From Planctomycetota bacterium (GTDB lineage: Bacteria; Planctomycetota; B15-G4): a stretch of 64,000 nt of DNA. Both the position numbers and the translations under genes were made by a program. This document shows, piece after piece, positions 8,943 to 18,081 of this stretch. How positions within the stretch are numbered: position 1 is the first letter of the stretch; each line of letters starts with the position of its first letter. The stretch covers positions 2,720,001 through 2,784,000 of the forward strand of contig CBDFJQ010000002.1 in assembly GCA_965248575.1 (NCBI GenBank), written 5' to 3'. The notes below the pieces were generated by a model, which searched no databases, had not been told where the DNA came from, and was given only the letters and a program-made list of their open reading frames with translations.

Positions 8943-10085
8943 ATGACCTTCTTCCAAGACCTCCGGCACGCAAGCGGCCGAATCACTGGCCGAATCACCG
9001 GGAGCTTGAGCGCCGCGCGTGGCGCCTTGCGCGCGCTCCTTTTGGCATTCGGCGCACTCATGATCCTCGGATCTGGCTGTTCGACTTCATCGACTGCCTC
9101 GGCCACCTCGGCCGCCCCGTCTCCAAGCAAGCCCGAGCTCGGCTCACGTCCAGTCCGACTCGACCAGAGCCTGGGCCCGTTGACGGAGTGGTTCACGCAA
9201 ACGGAAGGGGCCCCACGAGCGGTGGCGCTACTCTCAGCGACCTGAGGCGCGTGCCTCTCCGGCGCGGTCGCGCTGGAACAGGGCCTCCTGAGCGACGCAG
9301 ACGCGTTGCTCCAAGTGGCCGTGATCTGGGTCGACGTGCTCAACTCCGACGACGCCGACGCCGCACAACGGGCGACGGTCCTGATCGCAGATGAACGCGT
9401 CTCCTGGTTCCATGACCCCGGGCAGTGGGCCGCCCGAGAGTGGGCCGAGACCCTGGGGCTCAAGGATCTGGCGTGGGACGTGTATCTCCTCTTCGATGCA
9501 GAAGCGCGTTGGAACGACGCCGCCCCCACTCCCTTCCAATGGTTCCACCAGCTAGGAGGCGAGCGGGCAGACGCCTCGAACTTTCGAGCAGCCCACAGCC
9601 TCGCCATCGCCTTGCACGAGACGGGTGCGGCAGCCGGCTGGCCCGTCCCGGACATGGCACCCGACAAGGAGTCTTGGCAGTCGGCGCGCGAAGAGGCGAT
9701 GCGACGGCTGCAAGCTGCCGGCAGTGCCTCCGATGAACGCTGTAGTGATTGTCGTGAAACCGGGCGGCTCAGCTCGTGCTCCCTCGGTGGCTGGCGGCGC
9801 TTGCTCATGCGCATGGAAGACGAGACGCGCTTCACCGCCTCGGGCACGCAACCGCCGAGCCCTGCGGACGGGCGACAGGAACTCCAGCTGAGCATCCAAG
9901 GCATGCGCTGCGCCGAGTGCATGTTGCGTGTGGGCAGCGGCATCGTCTCCGTCGAGGGCGTTGCAGAGCTGGAGCTCCTGCTGGACGAGGCCAAGCTGCG
10001 TGTGCTGTTGATGCCCGGTTCCACCACAAGCGTGGAAGACCTGGCGGAAGCCATCCGAGCCCAGGGGTTCGGCGTTCGCCCCTAG
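8943..10085 (+). CDS. Putative selenoprotein: lipoprotein with thioredoxin-like UxxC domain and C-terminal heavy-metal-associated (HMA) domain (~380 aa; Sec at TGA 9243-9245)
   Basis: ORFs 7788..9245 and 9306..10085 are in the same frame and separated only by TGA. Read-through gives AVALLSAT-U-GAC. Lipobox LGSGC, IQGMRCAEC HMA motif and a SECIS-like hairpin. Alternative start at 8904. Confidence 0.8.
9258..9277 (+). promoter_or_regulatory. Bacterial SECIS-like hairpin
   Basis: TCCGGCGC-GGTC-GCGCTGGA forms an 8-bp stem (one G-U) with a GGUC apical loop starting 20 nt after the UGA, similar to the E. coli fdhF SECIS. Confidence 0.7.
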
Positions 10086-10148
10086 AAAACTGACGCTCCC
10101 GGCACGCTCCCTTGAGCCCTCTTGGGGCGCTCGGGTTACAACCATGCG

Positions 10149-10832
10149 GTGACCGACGACACTTGCTGGACCGTCATTCGTGAAGCAGCGCGCGGCGACG
10201 ACTCCGCGTGCACCCGCTTCGCAGCGCTCTACCAGGAGACCGTGCGGGCCTACCTCCGCGCGCGCTGGCGAGGCGGCGCCTTGATCCAGGAGGTTGACGA
10301 CGCCGTGCAGGACGTCTTCCTTGAGTGCTTCAAGTCCAACGGAGCCCTGGCCAAGACGGACGAGCATCGACCCGGCGGCTTTCGCGCCTTCCTCTACGGC
10401 GTCGCCCGCAACGTGGCGCGCCGACGCGAGGAGCGGGAGCGCGCCCAGCGCCGCCGACAGGGGGACGAAAGCGCGCACCTTTCGCGCATGCCCTCCCCCG
10501 ACACGGCCCTCAGCCAGGTGTTCGACCGGGCCTGGGCCCGCACCGTCATGCGCGAGGCCGCGCAGCGCATGCGTGCGCTCGCCGAATCCGCGGACGAGGC
10601 CGCCTGCCAACGGGTCGAACTGCTGCGCCTGCGCTTCCAGGAAGGCCGACCCATCCGCGACATCGCCCGGGCCTGGGAGCAGGACCCTGCCCTGCTTCAC
10701 CGAGCCTACTCCCGTGCACGCGCCGAGTTCCGCGCCGCCCTGGAAGAGGTCGTGACCTTCCACCACCCGGGAAGTCGCGCGCACATCCAGGCGGAATGCG
10801 TCGCGCTTCTGGACCTGCTGGGAGCGGACTGA
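10149..10832 (+). CDS. ECF RNA polymerase sigma factor (kinase-associated type)
   Basis: N-terminal TCWTVI, region 2 (VDDAVQDVF...FRAFLYGVARN) and region 4 (LLRLRFQEGRPIRDIA...RARAEF). Directly upstream of a Ser/Thr kinase. Confidence 0.85.
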   Translation: MTDDTCWTVIREAARGDDSACTRFAALYQETVRAYLRARWRGGALIQEVDDAVQDVFLECFKSNGALAKTDEHRPGGFRAFLYGVARNVARRREERERAQRRRQGDESAHLSRMPSPDTALSQVFDRAWARTVMREAAQRMRALAESADEAACQRVELLRLRFQEGRPIRDIARAWEQDPALLHRAYSRARAEFRAALEEVVTFHHPGSRAHIQAECVALLDLLGAD

Positions 10833-10887
10833 GGGTTTTCAGGATTTCACGAGCGCGAAAACAGCGGGCCCACGGAACCCGTCTTTG

Positions 10888-10899
10888 CCCCCCCCCCCC
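10888..10899 (+). repeat. C12 homopolymer tract
   Basis: Twelve consecutive C between the sigma stop (10832) and the kinase start (10931). Confidence 0.85.
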
Positions 10900-10930
10900 A
10901 TTGCTGGAGCCTCTCGGTGGAGACAGCCCG

Positions 10931-13795
10931 ATGACTGATCACAAGGACGACGAGGCCCTCGACCGCGGCCTGGAAGCTGCTTTCGGAGACGGCCCACCGC
11001 CCATCACCCGTACGGCAACAGGCATCACTCGCCGCGCCGGCACCAGCCAGGGGCCGCCCAGCGTCGTGGATCTCGTGGAGCAGCGCACGGGCCGCGCCAC
11101 GCGCCTGCTGCTCAAGGAGGAAGACAGCGAACACGGCGCGTCGCCCCTGGTGCGGACGTCCGGCACCACGCGCGGGAGAGGCAGCAGCCAAGCAGGCGGC
11201 GGCGCTCATGAGGCCGTGCCCACCGGCAAGGGCAACTACCAGATCATGGGTGAGATCGCCCGCGGCGGCATGGGCGCGGTGCTCAGGGGGCACGACACCG
11301 ACCTCGGCCGCGATGTGGCCATGAAGGTCCTCCTGGAACAGCACGCCGACAGCGACAGCATCCTGCAGCGCTTCGTGGAGGAGGCGCAGATCGGCGGCCA
11401 GCTCCAGCACCCCGGTATCGTGCCAGTCTACGAGCTGGGACTCCTGGACGACGACCGCCCGTACTTCACCATGAAACTCGTGAAGGGGCGCACCCTCGCG
11501 GCCCTCTTCACGGAACGCTCGCAGCCCGGCGAAGACACCCGACGGTTCCTGACCATCTTCGAGCAGGTCTGCCAGACCATCGCCTACGCCCACGCGCGCA
11601 AGGTGATCCACCGCGACCTGAAGCCGGCCAACATCATGGTCGGTGCCTTCGGCGAGGTTCAGGTCGTGGACTGGGGCCTGGCGAAGGTCCTGCAAGAAGG
11701 GGGCATCGCCGACGAGCGGCGGGCGCAGCAGCAGTCGCACGTCTCCATCATCGAGACCGTCCGTAGCGTGGGGAGTACCGGCGCCGGGAGCCAGAGCCTG
11801 GTGGGCTCGGTGATGGGCACCCCCGCCTACATGTCCCCTGAGCAGGCGCAAGGCGAGGTGGAACGCCTGGACGAACGCACCGACGTCTTCTCCCTGGGGG
11901 CGATCCTGGCGGAGATCCTCACCGGGCGCCCGGCCTACACCGGCGAGCAGGACAGCCCCGTGGCCGAGGCAGCACGTGCACTTCAAGACAAACTTCACGA
12001 GCGACTCGACGCCTGCCCCGCCGCCCCCGAACTGGTGGACCTTGCCCGTCGCTGCCTCGCGCCGGGCAAGGAGCTGCGCCCCCGTCACGCCGCGGCCCTG
12101 GCGAAGGAACTCAATGACTACCTTGCATCGAGCGAAGAGCGCGCGCGGGAAGCGGAGCTGGCCGCCGCCGAAGCGCGCGTGAGGGCCGTTCAGGAGCGCA
12201 AGGCGCGGCGCCTCACCCTGGCCCTGGCCGCCACCGTGTTGTTGGGCGTGGTGGGCGCCAGCCTGGGCTACCTGCATCTGGAGCAGCAGGCGGCGGACCA
12301 GCGCTCCGCCACCGACCAACGCCGGCTCGAGGTCAACACCAAGGTGCGCGGCATCCTGCAGGACGCCCAGCTGCGCCGGGGCATGGGTGACTACGCCGCC
12401 GCCTTGGTCGCCCTGGATCAGGCGGACACCGTGCTCTCCGCGACCTCAGATGCCACGGCCGACCTGGCTCCTGCCGTCGAGGGTCTACGCAGCGACGTGC
12501 TCGCAGCCCAGATCGCGGAGCAGGAGCAAGCTCAAGACGAGCAGCGGCTCGGCACCTTTCTCGAGCGCCTGGAAGACATCCAGCTGAATCGCGGAGGTGG
12601 CAATGATGACGACGTCGCAGAACGCAGGGATCAGGAATACCAGCAGGCCTTCGCCGCCTACGACGTGTCTGTCTTCGAAGGCGAAGAGAACAGTGTCGCT
12701 GCGCAGCTCAGGGCGACGGGCCACTCCCTCCCGGTGGCCCTCGCCCTGGACGAGTGGGCGCGGATCAAGCTCAACCGCTTCGGGTTCGGCACCCCCGAGT
12801 TCGGGCGCCTGATCCGCATGGCCAAGGAGGTGGACCCTGACCCGTGGCGGCTGAAGCTGCGCAACGCCGTCCTGGCCGATGACCGTCGGGCGTTGGAGAG
12901 CATCGCCTCCGCAGAGGAGACCCACTCCTGGCCGCCGGAGACCGTGGTCATGTTCGTGGAGAGCGTCGCCGACCTGGGGCACGACCTGGATGTAATCCCG
13001 CTGCTACGAGCCAGCCACCTGCGCCACCCGACCCATCACATCATCACCTACGTCCTCGCCCGTCGCCTCTCGGACCGTGGCGACCTCGCAGAGGCCTTGA
13101 CCTTCACCAACACGACCCACGCACTCCGGCCTGGCTTCGGCCGAGCCATCCTGCTGCAGCTGCACATCCTCTCGTTGCTGCACCGCTGGGATGAGATGAC
13201 CCGGTACTTCATCTCCAAGCGCGACCTCCTCGCAGAGATCGAAGACGACGACTGGATGACCACCTGGCTCTCTCCGAGACTGGTGGACGCCCTCGCCGTG
13301 CGCAAGTTCTACGACCCGGCCCTGGCACTGCTCGAGGCGTCCCTACCGGACAGCCCCGATCCGACGATGGAGCACAACAACCTTGCCTGGTACATCGCTA
13401 CCCGAAACGACGGACAGGCCCCCGACATGGCCAAGGCCCTGCACCACGCGGAGGCCTTGGTGGCGTTGGAGGACTCTGGCAACGCCTACAACACACTGAG
13501 CACGGTGCATTACCAATCGGGTCAGCACCGCGAAGCCCTGGACGCCATCAAGACAAGCATGGAGAAGTCGGGAGGGGGCGAGGAGTTCGACTGGCTGCTA
13601 ACCGCCATGATCCTCAAACAGCTGGGCGTGCACGATCAGGCGGATCTCTGGTACCAACGTGCATCCGCAGCGCCCCCCACACCTGGTAGGACTCGAAGAA
13701 ATCCGTTCCTGACGCAGGAGGAATTGGAAATGCCGTCCGAGCTGGATGTCTTCCGAGACCGCGCCAGGGAGATGTTCCGCGACACCGGGAGCTGA
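10931..13795 (+). CDS. Hanks-type Ser/Thr protein kinase with TM segment and TPR-like C-terminus (954 aa)
   Basis: IARGGMGAV, VAMK, HRDLKPAN, DWGLAK, GTPAYMSPEQ and DVFSLG motifs; TM helix LTLALAATVLLGVVGASLGYL; NNLAW TPR-like repeats; GGAG RBS before ATG 10931. Confidence 0.92.
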   Translation: MTDHKDDEALDRGLEAAFGDGPPPITRTATGITRRAGTSQGPPSVVDLVEQRTGRATRLLLKEEDSEHGASPLVRTSGTTRGRGSSQAGGGAHEAVPTGKGNYQIMGEIARGGMGAVLRGHDTDLGRDVAMKVLLEQHADSDSILQRFVEEAQIGGQLQHPGIVPVYELGLLDDDRPYFTMKLVKGRTLAALFTERSQPGEDTRRFLTIFEQVCQTIAYAHARKVIHRDLKPANIMVGAFGEVQVVDWGLAKVLQEGGIADERRAQQQSHVSIIETVRSVGSTGAGSQSLVGSVMGTPAYMSPEQAQGEVERLDERTDVFSLGAILAEILTGRPAYTGEQDSPVAEAARALQDKLHERLDACPAAPELVDLARRCLAPGKELRPRHAAALAKELNDYLASSEERAREAELAAAEARVRAVQERKARRLTLALAATVLLGVVGASLGYLHLEQQAADQRSATDQRRLEVNTKVRGILQDAQLRRGMGDYAAALVALDQADTVLSATSDATADLAPAVEGLRSDVLAAQIAEQEQAQDEQRLGTFLERLEDIQLNRGGGNDDDVAERRDQEYQQAFAAYDVSVFEGEENSVAAQLRATGHSLPVALALDEWARIKLNRFGFGTPEFGRLIRMAKEVDPDPWRLKLRNAVLADDRRALESIASAEETHSWPPETVVMFVESVADLGHDLDVIPLLRASHLRHPTHHIITYVLARRLSDRGDLAEALTFTNTTHALRPGFGRAILLQLHILSLLHRWDEMTRYFISKRDLLAEIEDDDWMTTWLSPRLVDALAVRKFYDPALALLEASLPDSPDPTMEHNNLAWYIATRNDGQAPDMAKALHHAEALVALEDSGNAYNTLSTVHYQSGQHREALDAIKTSMEKSGGGEEFDWLLTAMILKQLGVHDQADLWYQRASAAPPTPGRTRRNPFLTQEELEMPSELDVFRDRAREMFRDTGS

Positions 13796-13943
13796 TCGCC
13801 GCAACACGTGCCCTCGCACTATCGCCTGCGCACTCTGACCCCTCCCACGCTTCCGGCCGCTTGCAGTAGGATGTCCTGTCGAGTCGAGTGGCGGTCAGGG
13901 GCCGCCACTTCGAGACAACCGCCGAGTCACGCTGGGGGTCAGC

Positions 13944-16556
13944 ATGGGGAAGTCGTTGCAGCGTCCTGTCATCACACTGGGACTCGTGTGCCCCGAGGGG
14001 GACGATTCGCCCGCTTTGAACGAGCGGATCGCGCAGATCTGGAAGAGCGTCGCCGAAGCGTTGGCTGATAAGAGCGTCGAGCAAGCGGCGGGTGGCTCGG
14101 CCGCCCCTGTCCTTCTGCCAGGTGACTACGAAGTGCCGAGCTCATTGTCCAGTCGGGTCGTGCAGACGTTGAGCAGCCGCCTTCGCGTTTGGGAGTTCCC
14201 GGGCGACGCCACGCCCGAGAAGATCCAAGCAGCCAGGGACTCTCTCTCGCATCTCCTGCAGCCACTCGCCACTGAAGGCGTGGCGCTGAGTGCCTGTGTC
14301 TATCCCTCCGAAAACGACAGAGACCTCACTGCCGCGATAGGCAAGACGTTGAACGCGGCCCAGAAGATGCTCGACGAATACAGCGCCGAAGCCCGGGGCG
14401 ACGTCCGATTCATCGACGGCCCTGCGCTCACGGAACTCTACGTCGGCAACTTGCCCACAGAAGCTTCGGAACAGCAGGTGAACGAGCTCTTCACCCAGCA
14501 CGGCCTGGTGACAGAGGTGAAGCTCATCACCGATCGGGACTCGGGGCAAGGGCGAGGCTTCGGCTTCGTGGAGATGGACCGCCCCGACGCCGAGGTCGCC
14601 ATCAACGCCCTGGACGGGGTCGAGTTCCAAGGCCGAAAACTCAAGGTGTCCATCCGGCGACCCCGCGGCCCTGGAGGAGGGAGCGGCCGAGCCAGCGCTG
14701 ACCACACGCCACCCATGCAGGACATGGGTGGAAACTTTGCCACCCATTCGAGCGGCAGGACCGAAGACGACGTCTTCGCGTCCTACGACGGCAGCTGGCT
14801 CGACGACGACGACTCCGACGAGATGGCAGACGACCTTCAGGAGGAGGAGGGCGCAGAGCCCGAGGAGGAGTTCGAGGACGCGCCCGCCGCAGAGTCAGCT
14901 CCAGCCGACGCCGACGCTGAGGAATCGGCACCGGAACCCAAGGCCACGATGTACCTCTCGCCGCCTGCCGTCGCCTTCTCCCAACCGGAAGCCGCGCCAC
15001 CCGCCGACCCACCACGCTCCGCCTACGCGCGGGTCGAAGCCCTGGCAGAGGTCGTAGTCGAAACGACCTTCGCGCTCACTGTGGGGCTGGCCAAGAGCCC
15101 CACGCCCGGCGTTGCGTCGGGCCAGATCAAGCGGCCCCCTTCGAGCGTGGGCCCGTACACCATGGACATTCAAATCCTCGCGAACGGCCTCGAGCCCGTG
15201 GACGGCGCCGCGCTGCAACACTCGCTCCGCATCACAGCCGAAGCTCCTTACCCGTCCGTTGAGCTGTCCCTTCGAGCACTGAAAGATGCGGAGTTGGCTG
15301 ACCAGCGCTCCATCCAGGTGATCTACAAGATCGAAGGCGACGTGGTGGGCGTGGCCGTCCGCAGCCTGCGGGTCGTAGAGCGGGCCGATCAACTGGGGCC
15401 ACCATCTGACGAACCGACGTCGGAAGGTCACCTGAGCATCCCCACCACGGACGAGCCGCCCGACCTGACCGTGATCATTGCTCCCGGCGCGGCGCACGTG
15501 CCCGGTTCGCTGCAGTGGACCTGGGCCTCTCCCCACGAGAACGCACCCGCCGCGCCAGACGACCTGACGTCCAGCGTGGGTGAGCAGCTGAACGACTACG
15601 CCATGGGTTTGATCCGCGGCGTGGCGACCCATGAGGCCGACGCCTCGCTGCGCGCCTACCTGAAGGGCATCGGCAAGCGCGTGGCGCGCAAGATCCCGCA
15701 GGAGGTCATGAACATGATCGAGGGCGCTTGCGCCGAGGCTGACTCCGAAGGCCGGGAGGCGTCCATCCTCCTGCTCACGTCCGAACCGCATGTGCCCTGG
15801 GAGTTGGCGCTGCTGTCCAAGCCGCCGAACCCCAGCGCCGAGGCCTTCCTGGGGGCGCAGGCCAACGTCGGCCGCTGGATCTTCTCCGGGCTCAAGCCGC
15901 CCACGCCGCCGCTGGGGCCGCTACCGGATGCATCGCTGGCCGTGGTCTCCGGAGACTACTCCCAGGTCGCCGGTTGGAACCGCTTGAAGGAAGCCGAGCA
16001 GGAAGCGAAGGACCTCGCGCAGACCTACCAGGGAAAGGAACTCGACGCCACCGAGAGCGCGGTGCTCAGCCTGCTTCAGGGAACGCCAGCTTGCAGCCTG
16101 CTGCACTTCGCAATGCACGGGGCCTACGACCCAGGCGGAGTGCGCGACGGCCTCGTTCTGGCCGACGGAAAATTCCTCGACCCAGTGGTGGTGGAAGGCA
16201 GCGAACTCGCCCAGAACCCCTTCGTCTATCTCAACGCGTGTCAGGCGAGCGGTGGGCAACACGTGCTGGGACAGTACGCCGGCATGGCGGCGGCCTTCCT
16301 CTACGCCGGGGCTTGCGCCGTCGTCTCCCCCCTTTGGTCCGTAGGCGACGGCGTGGCGCGAGAGATCGCCACCCGCTTCTACGGGGAAGGCATGCAGGGG
16401 GCGCGACCGGCCGCGATGTTGCGCGAAGAGCGGGCGCGATTCGGCCCGGCGTCCACGAACGCCACCCATCTGGCGTACCAGTTCTTCGGTCATCCCAACT
16501 TCCGGCTGGCCGAACGCTCCGCCGACACCACTGCAGCAGACGTTGACGAGCCCTAG
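13944..16556 (+). CDS. Multidomain protein: unknown N-domain, RRM, acidic linker, beta-sandwich and CHAT (caspase-like) peptidase (870 aa)
   Basis: RNP-2 LYVGNL and RNP-1 RGFGFVEM at ~14433-14666. CHAT motifs VPWEL, EAEQEA, LLHFAMHG (His 16116), FVYLNAC (Cys 16239), AFLYAGA..VVSPLWSVGD and YQFFGHP. Confidence 0.88.
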   Translation: MGKSLQRPVITLGLVCPEGDDSPALNERIAQIWKSVAEALADKSVEQAAGGSAAPVLLPGDYEVPSSLSSRVVQTLSSRLRVWEFPGDATPEKIQAARDSLSHLLQPLATEGVALSACVYPSENDRDLTAAIGKTLNAAQKMLDEYSAEARGDVRFIDGPALTELYVGNLPTEASEQQVNELFTQHGLVTEVKLITDRDSGQGRGFGFVEMDRPDAEVAINALDGVEFQGRKLKVSIRRPRGPGGGSGRASADHTPPMQDMGGNFATHSSGRTEDDVFASYDGSWLDDDDSDEMADDLQEEEGAEPEEEFEDAPAAESAPADADAEESAPEPKATMYLSPPAVAFSQPEAAPPADPPRSAYARVEALAEVVVETTFALTVGLAKSPTPGVASGQIKRPPSSVGPYTMDIQILANGLEPVDGAALQHSLRITAEAPYPSVELSLRALKDAELADQRSIQVIYKIEGDVVGVAVRSLRVVERADQLGPPSDEPTSEGHLSIPTTDEPPDLTVIIAPGAAHVPGSLQWTWASPHENAPAAPDDLTSSVGEQLNDYAMGLIRGVATHEADASLRAYLKGIGKRVARKIPQEVMNMIEGACAEADSEGREASILLLTSEPHVPWELALLSKPPNPSAEAFLGAQANVGRWIFSGLKPPTPPLGPLPDASLAVVSGDYSQVAGWNRLKEAEQEAKDLAQTYQGKELDATESAVLSLLQGTPACSLLHFAMHGAYDPGGVRDGLVLADGKFLDPVVVEGSELAQNPFVYLNACQASGGQHVLGQYAGMAAAFLYAGACAVVSPLWSVGDGVAREIATRFYGEGMQGARPAAMLREERARFGPASTNATHLAYQFFGHPNFRLAERSADTTAADVDEP

Positions 16557-16583
16557 TCGGGCAATCTCCAGGGGAGAACCTCG

Positions 16584-18062
16584 ATGGCCAAGAAACTCGA
16601 CCCGGGCGGGCTCCCCGTCTTCGTTACGTCGGATGTCGTGCTCGAGACCCCCGGGCTCGCAGGAGTCGCTGACATCCACGTGGCGTCGGGGCCGGGTATG
16701 CGCTCCGCCGAGGCCATCAGCAGCGACTTCAGCGACGCCTTGAAAGGGGCCGACCTGATCGAGCAGCTCACCATCGTCATCGACGAGCCGGCGGAGGTGC
16801 CGCTGCTACCGGGGACGGCCACGCGCTCCACCAGCCGCGGCGAGCCCGGCATGGTGGCGGAGGTCCCGGGAGCGGGTGAGGGCTTCCACCAGATGCTGCT
16901 CTCCGTGGACGAACAAGGTGTGACCACCTGGTGCTTCCCCGAACCCGAGGACATGGCCGCTGCCGCCACCGTGCTGCGCTCGGGCCAGCGCTGTCGCTAC
17001 GTCATCCCCAAGCAGGTCCCGCCACCCACGTCCTCCACGGGCCACCGAGGCCTGCTGGGCTTCGTGGGGCGCAAGATCCTCAAGATCGTCGCCTTCAAGG
17101 CCATCGAGGTAGTGGGCGGGCTGGTGGGCGAGGCATTCGTGGAGCGCTGGGAAGCTGCCAAGCGCAGCTATGCCATGCGTTCGTTCACCCCAGACGATTT
17201 CGCAGCGAAGGGCGGCAGGCCCCTGACGGCTGCCGATTGGACCCAGCTCGGGGCCGGCCGCTCGCTGCTGTTCGTGCACGGAACCTTCAGCCGTGCCCAC
17301 TCCGCCTTCGGCAGCCTTCCCCGAGAGACGCTCGCGACACTGCATGATCGTTACGACGGCCGTGTGTTCGCCTTCGACCACCCCACCGCTTCGCGCAGCC
17401 CCGACCACAACGTGCGCGAGTTTCTGAACGCCAAGCCCGTGGACACGCCCCTCGACCTGGACATCGTCTGCCACTCCCGCGGTGGGCTCCTGAGCCGCGT
17501 CCTTTCGGAGCGGGGCGCTGACCCCAACGTCCAGGTCAGCAACATCGTCTTTGTGGCCGCGCCCAATGCGGGGACGGCCCTCGCGAACCCGAAGCACATG
17601 GGCACCTTCCTCGACACCTACACCAGCATGCTCAGCCTGCTGCCGGACAACGGGGTCACGGATGCACTCGAAGTCATCTTGAGCGTGCTCAAGCAATTGG
17701 CGGTGGGAGCTCTCAAGAGCCTGGAGGGATTGCAGTCCATGAATCCCCAGGGACAGTGGCTCCAGCAACTCAACCAACGCCGCAACACGGCACTGCAAAC
17801 CACCTACCGAGCCATCGCCGCGGACTTCGAACCAGCGGACTCCGCCTTGCGCCGGGTGGCCGACCGGGTGGCCGACTCCATCTTCGACAGCCGGCCCAAC
17901 GACCTGGTGGTGCCTACCGAGGGGGTCTACTCACCCAACGGCTCCAGCCGCTTCCCTATCGCAGAGCCGCTCATCATCCCACCGACGGAGAGCACCTGGC
18001 ACAGCGGCTACTTCTCCCGCGCAGACGTGGGCAACAAGCTGCTGGATTGGCTGCCGGGGTAG
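16584..18062 (+). CDS. Alpha/beta hydrolase (lipase/PGAP1-like) with N-terminal extension (492 aa)
   Basis: LFVHGTFS, nucleophile elbow VCHSRGG, APNAGT, NDLVVP (Asp) and WHSGYF (His). Starts 27 bp after the CHAT gene with its own RBS. Confidence 0.85.
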   Translation: MAKKLDPGGLPVFVTSDVVLETPGLAGVADIHVASGPGMRSAEAISSDFSDALKGADLIEQLTIVIDEPAEVPLLPGTATRSTSRGEPGMVAEVPGAGEGFHQMLLSVDEQGVTTWCFPEPEDMAAAATVLRSGQRCRYVIPKQVPPPTSSTGHRGLLGFVGRKILKIVAFKAIEVVGGLVGEAFVERWEAAKRSYAMRSFTPDDFAAKGGRPLTAADWTQLGAGRSLLFVHGTFSRAHSAFGSLPRETLATLHDRYDGRVFAFDHPTASRSPDHNVREFLNAKPVDTPLDLDIVCHSRGGLLSRVLSERGADPNVQVSNIVFVAAPNAGTALANPKHMGTFLDTYTSMLSLLPDNGVTDALEVILSVLKQLAVGALKSLEGLQSMNPQGQWLQQLNQRRNTALQTTYRAIAADFEPADSALRRVADRVADSIFDSRPNDLVVPTEGVYSPNGSSRFPIAEPLIIPPTESTWHSGYFSRADVGNKLLDWLPG

Positions 18063-18081
18063 GGTCCGCCGCGGACCCCAC

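Noticed and set aside
10325..10930. 202-aa N-terminal extension of the kinase, or an ECF-kinase fusion via the C12 tract
   Set aside because: The extension overlaps the ECF gene in another frame and reads as junk. The ECF stop (10832) precedes the tract, so slippage cannot fuse the two.
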